Source of the DNA: an uncultured cyanobacterium
GTDB lineage: Bacteria; Cyanobacteriota; Cyanobacteriia; Cyanobacteriales; CAWCAG01
DNA: 64,000 nucleotides
NCBI GenBank assembly: GCA_963803805.1
Contig: CAWDOD010000010.1
Location: 384,001-448,000 of the forward strand
Direction of reading: 5' to 3'
Shown here: positions 20,598 through 29,174 of the stretch, one piece after another
How positions within the stretch are numbered: the stretch's first letter is position 1
How the letters are laid out: the number at the start of each line of letters is the position of its first letter
Position numbers and translations under genes: made by a program
Notes under the pieces: generated by a model
What the model saw: the letters and a program-made list of their open reading frames with translations, nothing else
What the model was told of the DNA's origin: nothing
Databases searched by the model: none

Positions 20598-20651
20598 GGG
20601 TGCATTTATTACGAAAAGTAACATAATAGGTTAGACAACCCAACGTAACTT

Positions 20652-21774
20652 ATGACCTGCACCGCAACCTCTTCTACCCTTAAAGATGGTAAATATTGCC
20701 TGAATGCCTCTATCGGTCAAGGTATCTTTAGCTGCACTTACCAGGGAATTGAACAACAATCTAAGCAACCAGTAATAATTAAAACTTTAGGGCAAAACTT
20801 AGTCACTCACCCTGACTTTGAACAGTTTAAAAGCAAATTTCTGTACCTTGCCCAAAAGCTGAGTACTTGTCGCCACGAAAATTTAGTTCCGGTGCTAGAT
20901 ATATTTGAAGAAGAGGGTAAACCTTATGTTGTTTATGAACGTATTATTGGACCAAATTTAGCTACTTTTATCGAACAAACAGGTAACTTAAACCCCGAAA
21001 AAGCAGTCCAATACATCAGTCAAATTAGTGCTGCTGTAGCTACTCTTCATCATGCCAATCTTCAACACCTTGATATTAAACCTCAGAATCTCATCCGCCA
21101 AAACAGAACTGGTAAAGTAATCTTAGTAGACTACGGTTTAACCTGTGAGTTGACTCCAGAAATAAAACAAACCCACGGTAACTTAGTATCTCCTGGTTAT
21201 GCAGCTATGGAGTATTATCTTCCCGAAAGTAGCCTTAACGCCGCTACCGACATTTATGCTTTAGGTGCAACCCTATTAACCCTAATCACAGGTAAAGAAG
21301 CAACACCAGCGCTTTTAAGGGCTAATCAAACTGTTCCTGAAGAACTGCGCCATGGTTTTCAAGAAGAAAATTCTGCCAAAAAGCTTAATCCTACTCTCAA
21401 AAAAGCAATTATCCAAAGTTTAGCAATTGAGGCAAAAGAATCGTCCCCAAACTATCCAGAACTGGCTAGAACTTTTACCTCAAGAAAAAGAACAAACAAC
21501 CTCTGCTCCTAACCTTATTCAACCATCTCAAACTATTAAGAAAATCCCTCAACCTAGTAAGCCCAAAAAAACCAAACTTAAGTCCTCAAAAAAATCTCAT
21601 TATCAATACCCCTTCAAAGCCTTAATAATGACTAGTATGGTGGCAGCTTTTGCCGGGCTTGGTTTTGGTTTAGCTATACGTCTTAATCGGCCTGAAGAAC
21701 CTGGTTCAACAATTTTTCATACTGAACAGTCTTTTCCAGAACGTCCAGACTGGCAAATCAAGGACAACCCTTAG
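20652..21774 (+). pseudogene. Membrane-anchored Ser/Thr kinase split by a +1 frameshift in the A4 run at 21434-21437
   Basis: Kinase motifs HLDIKPQN and DYG are in ORF 20652-21512. The subdomain XI motif NRPQT and a TM helix are in ORF 21427-21774. Removing one A gives 373 aa. Confidence 0.8.
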
Positions 21775-21782
21775 TTGATAAA

Positions 21783-21855
21783 CGAGCGCGGAGGGACTTG
21801 AACCCCCGACACCCAGGACCGGAACCTGGTGCTCTATCCGCTGAGCTACGCGCCC
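21783..21855 (-). tRNA. trnR-CCG: tRNA-Arg(CCG), no encoded CCA
   Basis: GGGCGCGTAGCTCAGCGGATAGAGCACCAGGTT-CCG-GTCCTGGGTGTCGGGGGTTCAAGTCCCTCCGCGCTCG forms a 73-nt cloverleaf. Confidence 0.97.
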
Positions 21856-21905
21856 TCTCAAGCTATTATTAACAATAACATATTATTCAATAATAAACCC
21901 TTACC

Positions 21906-22667
21906 TTAATAACTAGTACTTGCTTTCCAAAAGAAATAAATAGCTAAAATTACTAATAGGGTACGAAACATTAAACTAACTACTTTTTCCGGTAACTTTG
22001 GTAAGAAACGAGTACTAAATTGAGCGCCAATTAATCCCCCTGTACCTAAAACCAAGCCCTCTAACCACAAAACATTGCCTCTTTGTGCATGGCCTAAACA
22101 AGCAGCGATTGAAGAAATAACAATTGCTCCTAAGCTAGTTTGAATAGCGGCTTTGATTTTTTCTCCTAATAACAACATTTGCAAAGGAACCATAATTACA
22201 CCGCCCCCAACCCCAAATAAACCAGCTAATAAACCTGCTATTGCCCCTGTGGCAATACGGCTTAAAATAGGGTTAATTTTTACTTGTTGATTTTGCTTGT
22301 TTTTACTTAACGAATATTTACGTAAGGTTACTAAAAAAATGTTGGCAAGTAACAAAAATCCGAAGGCAGTTTCTTTAACATAGTCTGGTAACTTAGCGAC
22401 TAAATAAGCTCCCCATAAAGCAGTAAATATTGCTGGCAATCCTAATAAAATAATGTGCTGCCAATTTAAGTAACCCATACGCCAATTTTGTAGGGTTCCT
22501 GAAGCAGAAGTCATGACAATAGCCAAACTGCTAGTAGCTACACTTTGGTCATAGGAATAACCGAAAATAGCTAAAATCGGTACTAAAACCGTACCTCCAC
22601 CAATACCAAGTAATCCTGCCAAAAGTCCAGAGGAAAGTCCCCCCAGTGCAAGGAGCAACCAAATCAT
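21906..22667 (-). CDS. TauE/SafE family membrane transporter
   Basis: Duplicated GLLGIGGG..VP / GLFGVGGG..VP motifs, about 8 TM helices. Confidence 0.9.
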   Translation of the reverse strand: MIWLLLALGGLSSGLLAGLLGIGGGTVLVPILAIFGYSYDQSVATSSLAIVMTSASGTLQNWRMGYLNWQHIILLGLPAIFTALWGAYLVAKLPDYVKETAFGFLLLANIFLVTLRKYSLSKNKQNQQVKINPILSRIATGAIAGLLAGLFGVGGGVIMVPLQMLLLGEKIKAAIQTSLGAIVISSIAACLGHAQRGNVLWLEGLVLGTGGLIGAQFSTRFLPKLPEKVVSLMFRTLLVILAIYFFWKASTSY

Positions 22668-22861
22668 AAATAATTAAACCCCATACATTTAAGTATTTTT
22701 TCAAGGAAAACCGAAGATATCAGAGCAACTTAGTTACTTTTTTTATTCCTCTATTGTGGGTAAGTGTGATGGCAAATTCTTGTCTCCATAGATCAAAATA
22801 GTATAGAGAAGAACGAATGCCAATTAATCTTTAGTCAGAATAGCGAAAGGGGATTACTAGG

Positions 22862-25800
22862 ATGTACGTCTATCGTACCTCGCAATTCAACCGGGAATTA
22901 GAACGCCAAAAGAACCTGCAACCGCAAGTTGAACGGTTGTGTAGCGAGTTGGCTACCATGAGGTTAGATGAAGTGCAGTCACGGTTTGAACGAGTATATC
23001 CTTACCTGAAACGTAAAGAAGGCAATTTGCGCTTAATTGCCAGGATTTATCGCTTTGGTAAAGAACATATCCTTTGTTGGTTGGTGATTTTTCGTCGTGG
23101 CGATCGCAGGTATGAAGAGTTTTTGCGAGAGAGGGAACAGTTTAAGCATAGTTCTTGGGATGGGGAATTACAACCGAGTAAACTAAAGCAATGGCTCAAA
23201 GAACAAAAAGCCCTGAATCAAATTAAGCAACCTAGATCCCAGCCCTTAACCCCAGAGTTACTACCTTGGTTAGATCGCCCTAATTGGGAAATAGATACTG
23301 ATGGGGTATCTATTTATGAAAGCGAGTCTTGGGTAAATCAATTTCAAACCCCAGAAATAGAGAGTCGTTGGTTGGTTTTTAACCAGATGATTGCTGAGAT
23401 TGCTGATGCCGAGACTTTTATCGGCGAAGATACTATTTGGTCAGATGTTAAACTGCACAGCAAAGATGATTGCTATGTTCTCTACAGTAAAATTAATACT
23501 GCCGATACTCCTCCTTTAAAAGTAGTCTTTCTCCTTGCACCTTTTTTCAGCAACCCTTCCAGGGTACAAATTGCCAGAATTGTAGAACAAATCCCTTCTC
23601 CTTTAGCTTTAAAAAATCGCCAATTTTCCGCCCCCATTTCCATTGCAGCTTTGTTTAGCAATTTGAAAATAGACGAACTTAACCCTTTAGCTAAACGTGC
23701 CTATCCTGGTTATTTATTAGCGGATGAAACTAGTTGGCTAGCTATTGAAAAAGAAGAAACTGCTAACTTAGCCCTTTCCGCCGAAGAAAAGGCGATTCTC
23801 CACTCTGTTTCTACGGCTAAGGCTTCCTTACCCCTATTTTTAAACGGGCAAGCAGGTAGCGGCAAATCAACCATGCTTTTTCATCTCTTCGCTGATTATT
23901 GCTACCGCCACCTTTGCCATTGCCAAGCAGAAGGCAAAGATATTTTAAGCAAACCCCATCCCTTATTTTTGGCTTATAATGAACGCCTCCTCAAAGTTGC
24001 TAAAGAAAGGGTGATTCCTTTATTAGAATCCCATCACCGCTTCCTCGCCAGAAAAGAGGAATTAACCCAAATTCCCGATTTGAGTCCTTTTTTTCAAACC
24101 TTCAGAAGCTTTTTACGCAACCTTTTACCCAAAGAAGAAAGCGATCGCTTCAACGATGCTAAATATATTTCTTTCCACCGCTTCCGACAACTATACAAAC
24201 ATAACCCTTGGGAATATTCCCCAGAACGTTCTTGGTTAGTCATTCGTACCTTTATTAAAGGCTACCATCTTGATGAGCGAGATAATTACCGTTCCCCGGA
24301 AGATTATTTAGAAATTCCGAAACGAGAAAGAACAGTTCCCCCAGAAGAGTTTGCTGCCATCTACGAAAATGTTTGGAAGTGGTACAAACAAAGAACTAAA
24401 GAACAAGGGGAATGGGATGATCAAGATTTAATTAGGAGGGTATTGCAACTCAAATCCTATTGCCCAGAGTATACAGCCATTTTCTGTGACGAGGCTCAGG
24501 ATTTTACTCAACTGGAGTTGCAACTGATCATGCGCCTGTCAGCCTTTTCTCAATATGATTTGGAACACCAACATATTGAATGCCTCCCTTTTGCTTTTGC
24601 TGGTGATCCGATGCAAACCCTTAATCCCACAGGATTTCGTTGGGCTAGCCTTAAAGCAGGATTTTATAACGAGGTGATTACCGCTTTATCTCCCACAGGC
24701 AAATTGGGTTTGGAGATGAATTTTACTGAGTTAGAGTCAAATTACCGCTCCTTACCTGCCATTGTTGGAGTTAACAATTTAATTCAATTATGGCGAGTGG
24801 TTTTATTTGATATCCCGGAATTAAAACCCCAGAAACCGAGAAAAACTGGTGAATTTGTACCACAAAAATATATCATCGGGGAAAATATGCTCCCGGAAGC
24901 GGTTAAATATTACCTGCAAGATACGATTATTATTGTTCCTTGTGATGAAGGAGCAGAAGCTGACTACCTACAAAGGGACGAACATCTGCGTTATTTATTA
25001 GGGGAAGGCAATAACGTAGAGCCCCATTGGAATATTTTAAGTGCGATCGCCGCTAAGGGATTGGAATTTAGACAGGTGGTTTTATATAAATTTGGAGAAT
25101 TTTGCCAGCCGGAAGCTTGGGAAAGTCATGATCACGCCAATGAGGAAGTAAAATACTTTTTCAATAAACTCTATGTCGCCTCTAGTCGGGCAACAGAACG
25201 TTTGTTTATTGTGGATACTCCTTTGGGTGAAAGAAAATTGTGGCAAAAAGCTAGCGATCCCAGAGAATTAGAAGAGTTCCTTGGGGAGTTAAAGCAAGAA
25301 AAAAAACAGCAACAATGGCGAGAGGCAATTCAACTAATTAGTTTGGGAACCCGCCCCCATGAAATTGCGACAGATGACCTAGAATCAATCGCTAAAATCT
25401 TTGTTACAGAAGGGTTAAATACTGAAAATCCTGAACTTCTCCGCAGGGCGCAAGGTGCTTATCAACGCCTCAATAAACCTCAACAAGCGGCGTTGTGTGA
25501 AGCAAGGGCATTGAAGTTAGAAAAACAATTTCTTACTGCTGGTAATCTCTTCTTGAAGCAAAACCTTGTTGATCAAGCCTGGGATTGTTTTTGGCAGGGT
25601 ATGTGTTGGGGTAAGTTGGTTGTTTGGTATGAGTCTTTGGAAACTGGAGACTGGGAGAGGGAGAAAGAAACAGATGTACCGGAAAGTTTACGCCGAGAAA
25701 TAGAGGCAGACAGGCAAACTATCTTAGATCGTCGTGAATCCTATCGCCCTTTAGTCAATTTTATGGTGGCAGAGACTGATGAAGTTGAAGCGGTAGTGCA

Positions 25801-27175
25801 GTTTACTGAGTTTCTTGAAGCAGGGTTAAAAGATAATAGCTTAGAAGAAAATCGCTTTGCCCCCCAATGGCAAGAAGGTGTGCAAACCTATGTTCAACGC
25901 ATTACCAGATTGCTTAAAAATCAAGAAACCCCCGGAAATAAATGGGGAGAAGTTTTACAAAAATTGGCGATCGCCGGGTATAAAAATACCTATGAATTAG
26001 CTGGCAGGTGTTTTTATTTAGCAGAGAAACTGCCCCAAGCAGTAACAGTTTGGGAAGAAGGGAAATTCACCCACCTCAAAGAATACAATATTGCCAAAGC
26101 TGAAGTTGTGGGCTTGCCTGCTGGACTAGAATTTCTTGCCAAAGTTCAACCTAATGGAGGAGAGTTAATTTTAAGCGCTTGGCAACAAGCAGGCAAACCC
26201 CATGAATACCAATGGTTACGACACATTGCCCCCATTTTAGAAGCCAAACAACAATATGCTAATGCTTTACTGGTTTATACTTGGCTCGATAACTTAATCA
26301 AAGTTAAATCCTGCTTTGCCCAATTCTGGCAACAAACATCTTCCTCTCCTTGCCCTTCCCTGCCTCGCCACAAACCCCTCAAAATCATCCTAAGTTACTA
26401 CTTCAATTCTCAATATTGGCAAGAAGCGATCGCCGCCATAGAAGCCTATTTACCCCAAATTAATGACTCGTCTTTCCCTTTTACTTTAGTTGAAGAAATA
26501 GCTAACTCTCAACTAACCTCAGAAAAACTGACCAAAAATCAACGCCAACACTACCAAAAGTTTATCAGAGAACAAATTCTTGATAATCCTAACTGGTCAC
26601 AACATCTTTCAATCGAAAAAATTGGTATCGCTTTAGAAAAAATTGGCTCTTTAGTAGAAACACTAGAGTTTTATGAAAAATATCTCAAACATCCTGACAA
26701 AAAATTACGCCAATTTGCCTGCGATCGCTGGTTAGCTACTAAAACTAACCAAGCAAAATATTTCCTCAATCAAGGGCAAACCGATAAAGCCAAACGCATT
26801 CACTCAGAAATTGCCAGGAAAGCAAAAAGATGGCAAAGCCAAATTAACTCTGTTGAATCAACCCTGCCAACTCAAAAAATTAGCAAACAGTTTGAAGTTG
26901 ACAATTTTGTAGTTGAAGTAACCAAAAATACTCAGCAAGTTCTAATTACTGATACTATTTCTGGTCAACAAATCCATATCAACTGCGCTACTTGCCAAAT
27001 AACAGTTGGCTCTATCATCCTACAGGCTCAAAATTGCCCAAGGCTCTCTTTTACTGAAGAAAACGGTGGTTACAGTGCCGTACTTCTCAAAAAAAAGGAA
27101 CAAATAACTTTAGAAGTCAATTTCCACCGGATTTCCCGAACCATTGTCTTGAAGTTTAAGGGCGATGATGTTTGA
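22862..27175 (+). CDS. Large SF1 (UvrD-type) helicase with putative N-terminal RelE-like region and TPR-like C-terminal half
   Basis: Walker A GQAGSGKST, Ia FLAYNERL, Walker B IFCDEAQD, III AGDPMQT, IV LESNYRS, V AKGLEF, VI LYVASSRA; helical repeats follow. Confidence 0.8.
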   Translation: MYVYRTSQFNRELERQKNLQPQVERLCSELATMRLDEVQSRFERVYPYLKRKEGNLRLIARIYRFGKEHILCWLVIFRRGDRRYEEFLREREQFKHSSWDGELQPSKLKQWLKEQKALNQIKQPRSQPLTPELLPWLDRPNWEIDTDGVSIYESESWVNQFQTPEIESRWLVFNQMIAEIADAETFIGEDTIWSDVKLHSKDDCYVLYSKINTADTPPLKVVFLLAPFFSNPSRVQIARIVEQIPSPLALKNRQFSAPISIAALFSNLKIDELNPLAKRAYPGYLLADETSWLAIEKEETANLALSAEEKAILHSVSTAKASLPLFLNGQAGSGKSTMLFHLFADYCYRHLCHCQAEGKDILSKPHPLFLAYNERLLKVAKERVIPLLESHHRFLARKEELTQIPDLSPFFQTFRSFLRNLLPKEESDRFNDAKYISFHRFRQLYKHNPWEYSPERSWLVIRTFIKGYHLDERDNYRSPEDYLEIPKRERTVPPEEFAAIYENVWKWYKQRTKEQGEWDDQDLIRRVLQLKSYCPEYTAIFCDEAQDFTQLELQLIMRLSAFSQYDLEHQHIECLPFAFAGDPMQTLNPTGFRWASLKAGFYNEVITALSPTGKLGLEMNFTELESNYRSLPAIVGVNNLIQLWRVVLFDIPELKPQKPRKTGEFVPQKYIIGENMLPEAVKYYLQDTIIIVPCDEGAEADYLQRDEHLRYLLGEGNNVEPHWNILSAIAAKGLEFRQVVLYKFGEFCQPEAWESHDHANEEVKYFFNKLYVASSRATERLFIVDTPLGERKLWQKASDPRELEEFLGELKQEKKQQQWREAIQLISLGTRPHEIATDDLESIAKIFVTEGLNTENPELLRRAQGAYQRLNKPQQAALCEARALKLEKQFLTAGNLFLKQNLVDQAWDCFWQGMCWGKLVVWYESLETGDWEREKETDVPESLRREIEADRQTILDRRESYRPLVNFMVAETDEVEAVVQFTEFLEAGLKDNSLEENRFAPQWQEGVQTYVQRITRLLKNQETPGNKWGEVLQKLAIAGYKNTYELAGRCFYLAEKLPQAVTVWEEGKFTHLKEYNIAKAEVVGLPAGLEFLAKVQPNGGELILSAWQQAGKPHEYQWLRHIAPILEAKQQYANALLVYTWLDNLIKVKSCFAQFWQQTSSSPCPSLPRHKPLKIILSYYFNSQYWQEAIAAIEAYLPQINDSSFPFTLVEEIANSQLTSEKLTKNQRQHYQKFIREQILDNPNWSQHLSIEKIGIALEKIGSLVETLEFYEKYLKHPDKKLRQFACDRWLATKTNQAKYFLNQGQTDKAKRIHSEIARKAKRWQSQINSVESTLPTQKISKQFEVDNFVVEVTKNTQQVLITDTISGQQIHINCATCQITVGSIILQAQNCPRLSFTEENGGYSAVLLKKKEQITLEVNFHRISRTIVLKFKGDDV
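27096..27140 (+). repeat. Left copy of the diverged direct repeat bounding the purine island (inside the helicase 3' end)
   Basis: 39/45 nt identical to 37039-37083. Confidence 0.9.
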
Positions 27176-28070
27176 GCCAGTGTTGAGCAATATCTAAACG
27201 ACGACAAATCCAAACCTGCTTATGACCTTGAACGTAATCGATAAACCTGGCTAAAGCTGCAATACGTCCTGGTTTTCCGGCTAGTCTAGCATGAAGTCCC
27301 ACTGACATCATTTTAGGTGCAGTGTTCCCTTCTGCATATAGAACATCAAAAGCATCTTTAAGATAAGTATAGAAATCGTTACCGCTACTGAAACCAGGGG
27401 CAACGCAGTATTTCATATCGTTGTTATCAAGAGTATAGGGAATAATTAAGTGAGATTTGCCTTCTACTTCTACCCAATAAGGCAAATCATCATTGTAAGC
27501 GTCAGAGTCATATAAAAAGCCTCCCTCTTCCACAATCAAGGAACGAGTGTTTAGACTAGGTGCATAGCGACAGTACCAACCCAAAGGGCGATCCCCTGTA
27601 AGTTTTTGCAAAGATGCAACCGCTTTTTTAATATGTTCTCTTTCTTCGGCTTCGTCTAATAAATGGTAGCCTATCCACCGCCAACCATGACAGCAAATAT
27701 CATACCCTGCATCTACGATTGCCTTTGCTGCTGCGGGGTTTCTTTCTAATGCTAAGGCTGCACCAAAAATAGTGACCTGGATATCTTTTTCTTTAAACAG
27801 GCGCATCAATCGCCAAAATCCAGCCCTACTACCATATTCATAAACAGACTCCACCTGTAAGTCTCGCATTCCTTTGTCCATAGAAGAACCAGGAACTTCC
27901 CTAAGATATATTTCTGAACTCTCATCTCCATCAGGAATTGAATATTCTGAGCCTTCTTCATAGTTAAGGACTATTTGTAAAGCTATTTTGGCATCTCCTG
28001 GCCATTTTGGATGAGGTGGGTTTGCACCATAACCAATTAAATCTCTGGGATAAGACATTTGTAAAATCAA
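27156..28070 (-). CDS. puuE: Allantoinase PuuE (polysaccharide deacetylase fold); likely start is the ATG at 28058
   Basis: YPRDLIGYG, LNYEEG, ESVYEYGSRAGFWR, HGWRW, DDLPYW, MMSVGLH. Confidence 0.93.
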   Translation of the reverse strand: MILQMSYPRDLIGYGANPPHPKWPGDAKIALQIVLNYEEGSEYSIPDGDESSEIYLREVPGSSMDKGMRDLQVESVYEYGSRAGFWRLMRLFKEKDIQVTIFGAALALERNPAAAKAIVDAGYDICCHGWRWIGYHLLDEAEEREHIKKAVASLQKLTGDRPLGWYCRYAPSLNTRSLIVEEGGFLYDSDAYNDDLPYWVEVEGKSHLIIPYTLDNNDMKYCVAPGFSSGNDFYTYLKDAFDVLYAEGNTAPKMMSVGLHARLAGKPGRIAALARFIDYVQGHKQVWICRRLDIAQHWLKHHRP

Positions 28071-28092
28071 AAATTATAAGTTCTGCCATTTA

Positions 28093-28106
28093 GTAGTTTT
28101 GGCTAC
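28093..28106. promoter_or_regulatory. NtcA box match upstream of puuE
   Basis: GTA-gttttggc-TAC. Spacing to the minus-strand TATAAT (28078-28073) is 14 nt, which is non-canonical. Confidence 0.45.
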
Positions 28107-28151
28107 CGATATTTAAGATAATCATCAATCGATCTTAGTTTTAGAGTATTT

Positions 28152-28164
28152 GTATACAGTATTC
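28152..28164. promoter_or_regulatory. Putative GntR operator, copy 1 (puuE promoter region)
   Basis: GTATACAGTATTC, one mismatch to the island consensus. Confidence 0.7.
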
Positions 28165-28294
28165 AAAATAAGCCCTCTCCATAAATCTTTCTAAGCTTTA
28201 TTGGGAGAGGCTTTGAGTTCTTGGCAAGATGTTATTCGGATGTTACCACCTTTGCTTTAAGAAATTTCAAGCTATTATGGAGGTATAGACAAAT

Positions 28295-28310
28295 TGTATA
28301 TTCTGTTACA
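28295..28310. promoter_or_regulatory. NtcA box
   Basis: TGTA-tattctgt-TACA, immediately upstream of the AAGGAG RBS of the 62-aa ORF. Confidence 0.7.
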
Positions 28311-28326
28311 GAAATAAGGAGAAAAT

Positions 28327-28515
28327 ATGTTTAACAACAATCAAAACCAAAATTGGACTACCCAAAAATTTATAAACTTAAGTAAAGCCCTCGAACAGGC
28401 TTACTGCCTGGGAACGGATAATACAAAATCGAGCAAAAAAGCAGATTCTTGGACTACAGACAAGTTTGTAGAAATGAGCAGATATTTGGCTTCTGCCTAT
28501 GGTGTAGATTTTTAA
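28327..28515 (+). CDS. Unknown 62-aa protein with two internal repeats
   Basis: Strong RBS AAGGAG. Repeats WTTQKFINLSKALEQAY and WTTDKFVEMSRYLASAY, 32 codons apart. Confidence 0.75.
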   Translation: MFNNNQNQNWTTQKFINLSKALEQAYCLGTDNTKSSKKADSWTTDKFVEMSRYLASAYGVDF

Positions 28516-28529
28516 TATTAAACTGGTTA

Positions 28530-29051
28530 CTAATTATTGATTTCTACAGGGGATTCTGAGTTACTATCTGCTACTTGCAAGTCTTCAATACCAATAGCTA
28601 TTGCACCTATTACTGCCACTGCCATACCAGTTAAGAACCGTAGAGAAAATTGCTGACGGAAAATTAGCCACCCACCCAATGTAGTAAAAATTGGCATCAT
28701 GTTATTCAGCAAAGTTGAATTAGCAATACTGGTTTGAGTTAAAGACCATGCCCAAAGTGCTAAAGATATAGAAAAACTAATTCCTGCTATTAATAATAAG
28801 GCAATCGCTCTTTTTGTATATTCAGGTTTTTGATTTGAAGATTTAAAACCGTTCCAAATAGCAAAAGCTGTTGCCGCAATCAACAGGCGATCGCCGGTAA
28901 TGGTATTGGGTTCGATTTCTACTTCGGCGATCGCAATTAAAATTGAAGCTGAAGCAATTCCTAATAGGGCAAAGCACAAAGCTATTGGTGTTAGCCAACT
29001 TGCTTCTAATTTTACTTTTTGGCCAATTTTACTAAGTTGAAATTGGTACAT
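28530..29051 (-). pseudogene. DMT/EamA family transporter, half-length (probably C-terminally truncated)
   Basis: One EamA repeat (SLTQTSIANSTLLNNMMPIFT..GWL). It ends right after the fifth helix, where EamA proteins usually carry a second repeat. Confidence 0.65.
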
Positions 29052-29083
29052 AAGTGTTCGTTTGATGACAAAAGAATTAACTA

Positions 29084-29129
29084 GTAGCTAAGAATACATT
29101 TTTACTTGAGCTAATTGTATACAGTATAC
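29084..29129 (+). promoter_or_regulatory. Canonical NtcA-activated promoter whose -10 overlaps GntR operator copy 2
   Basis: GTA-gctaagaa-TAC (29084-29097), exactly 22 nt, then TACAGT (29120-29125), which lies inside GTATACAGTATAC (29117-29129). Confidence 0.85.
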
Positions 29130-29174
29130 GTTATGTCTGAATAAACTCTTAAGTACAATTCCTCAGTTCAACAA

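Noticed and set aside
21434-21437. Programmed ribosomal frameshift in the kinase gene
   Set aside because: No convincing slippery heptamer with a downstream structure; a homopolymer indel is the simpler explanation.
21783-21855. tRNA-Arg as the island attachment site
   Set aside because: I saw no duplicated tRNA 3' end. The boundary repeat found comes from the helicase gene instead.
27156-28070. Polysaccharide/chitin deacetylase call
   Set aside because: PuuE-type motifs and the urate-pathway context favour allantoinase.
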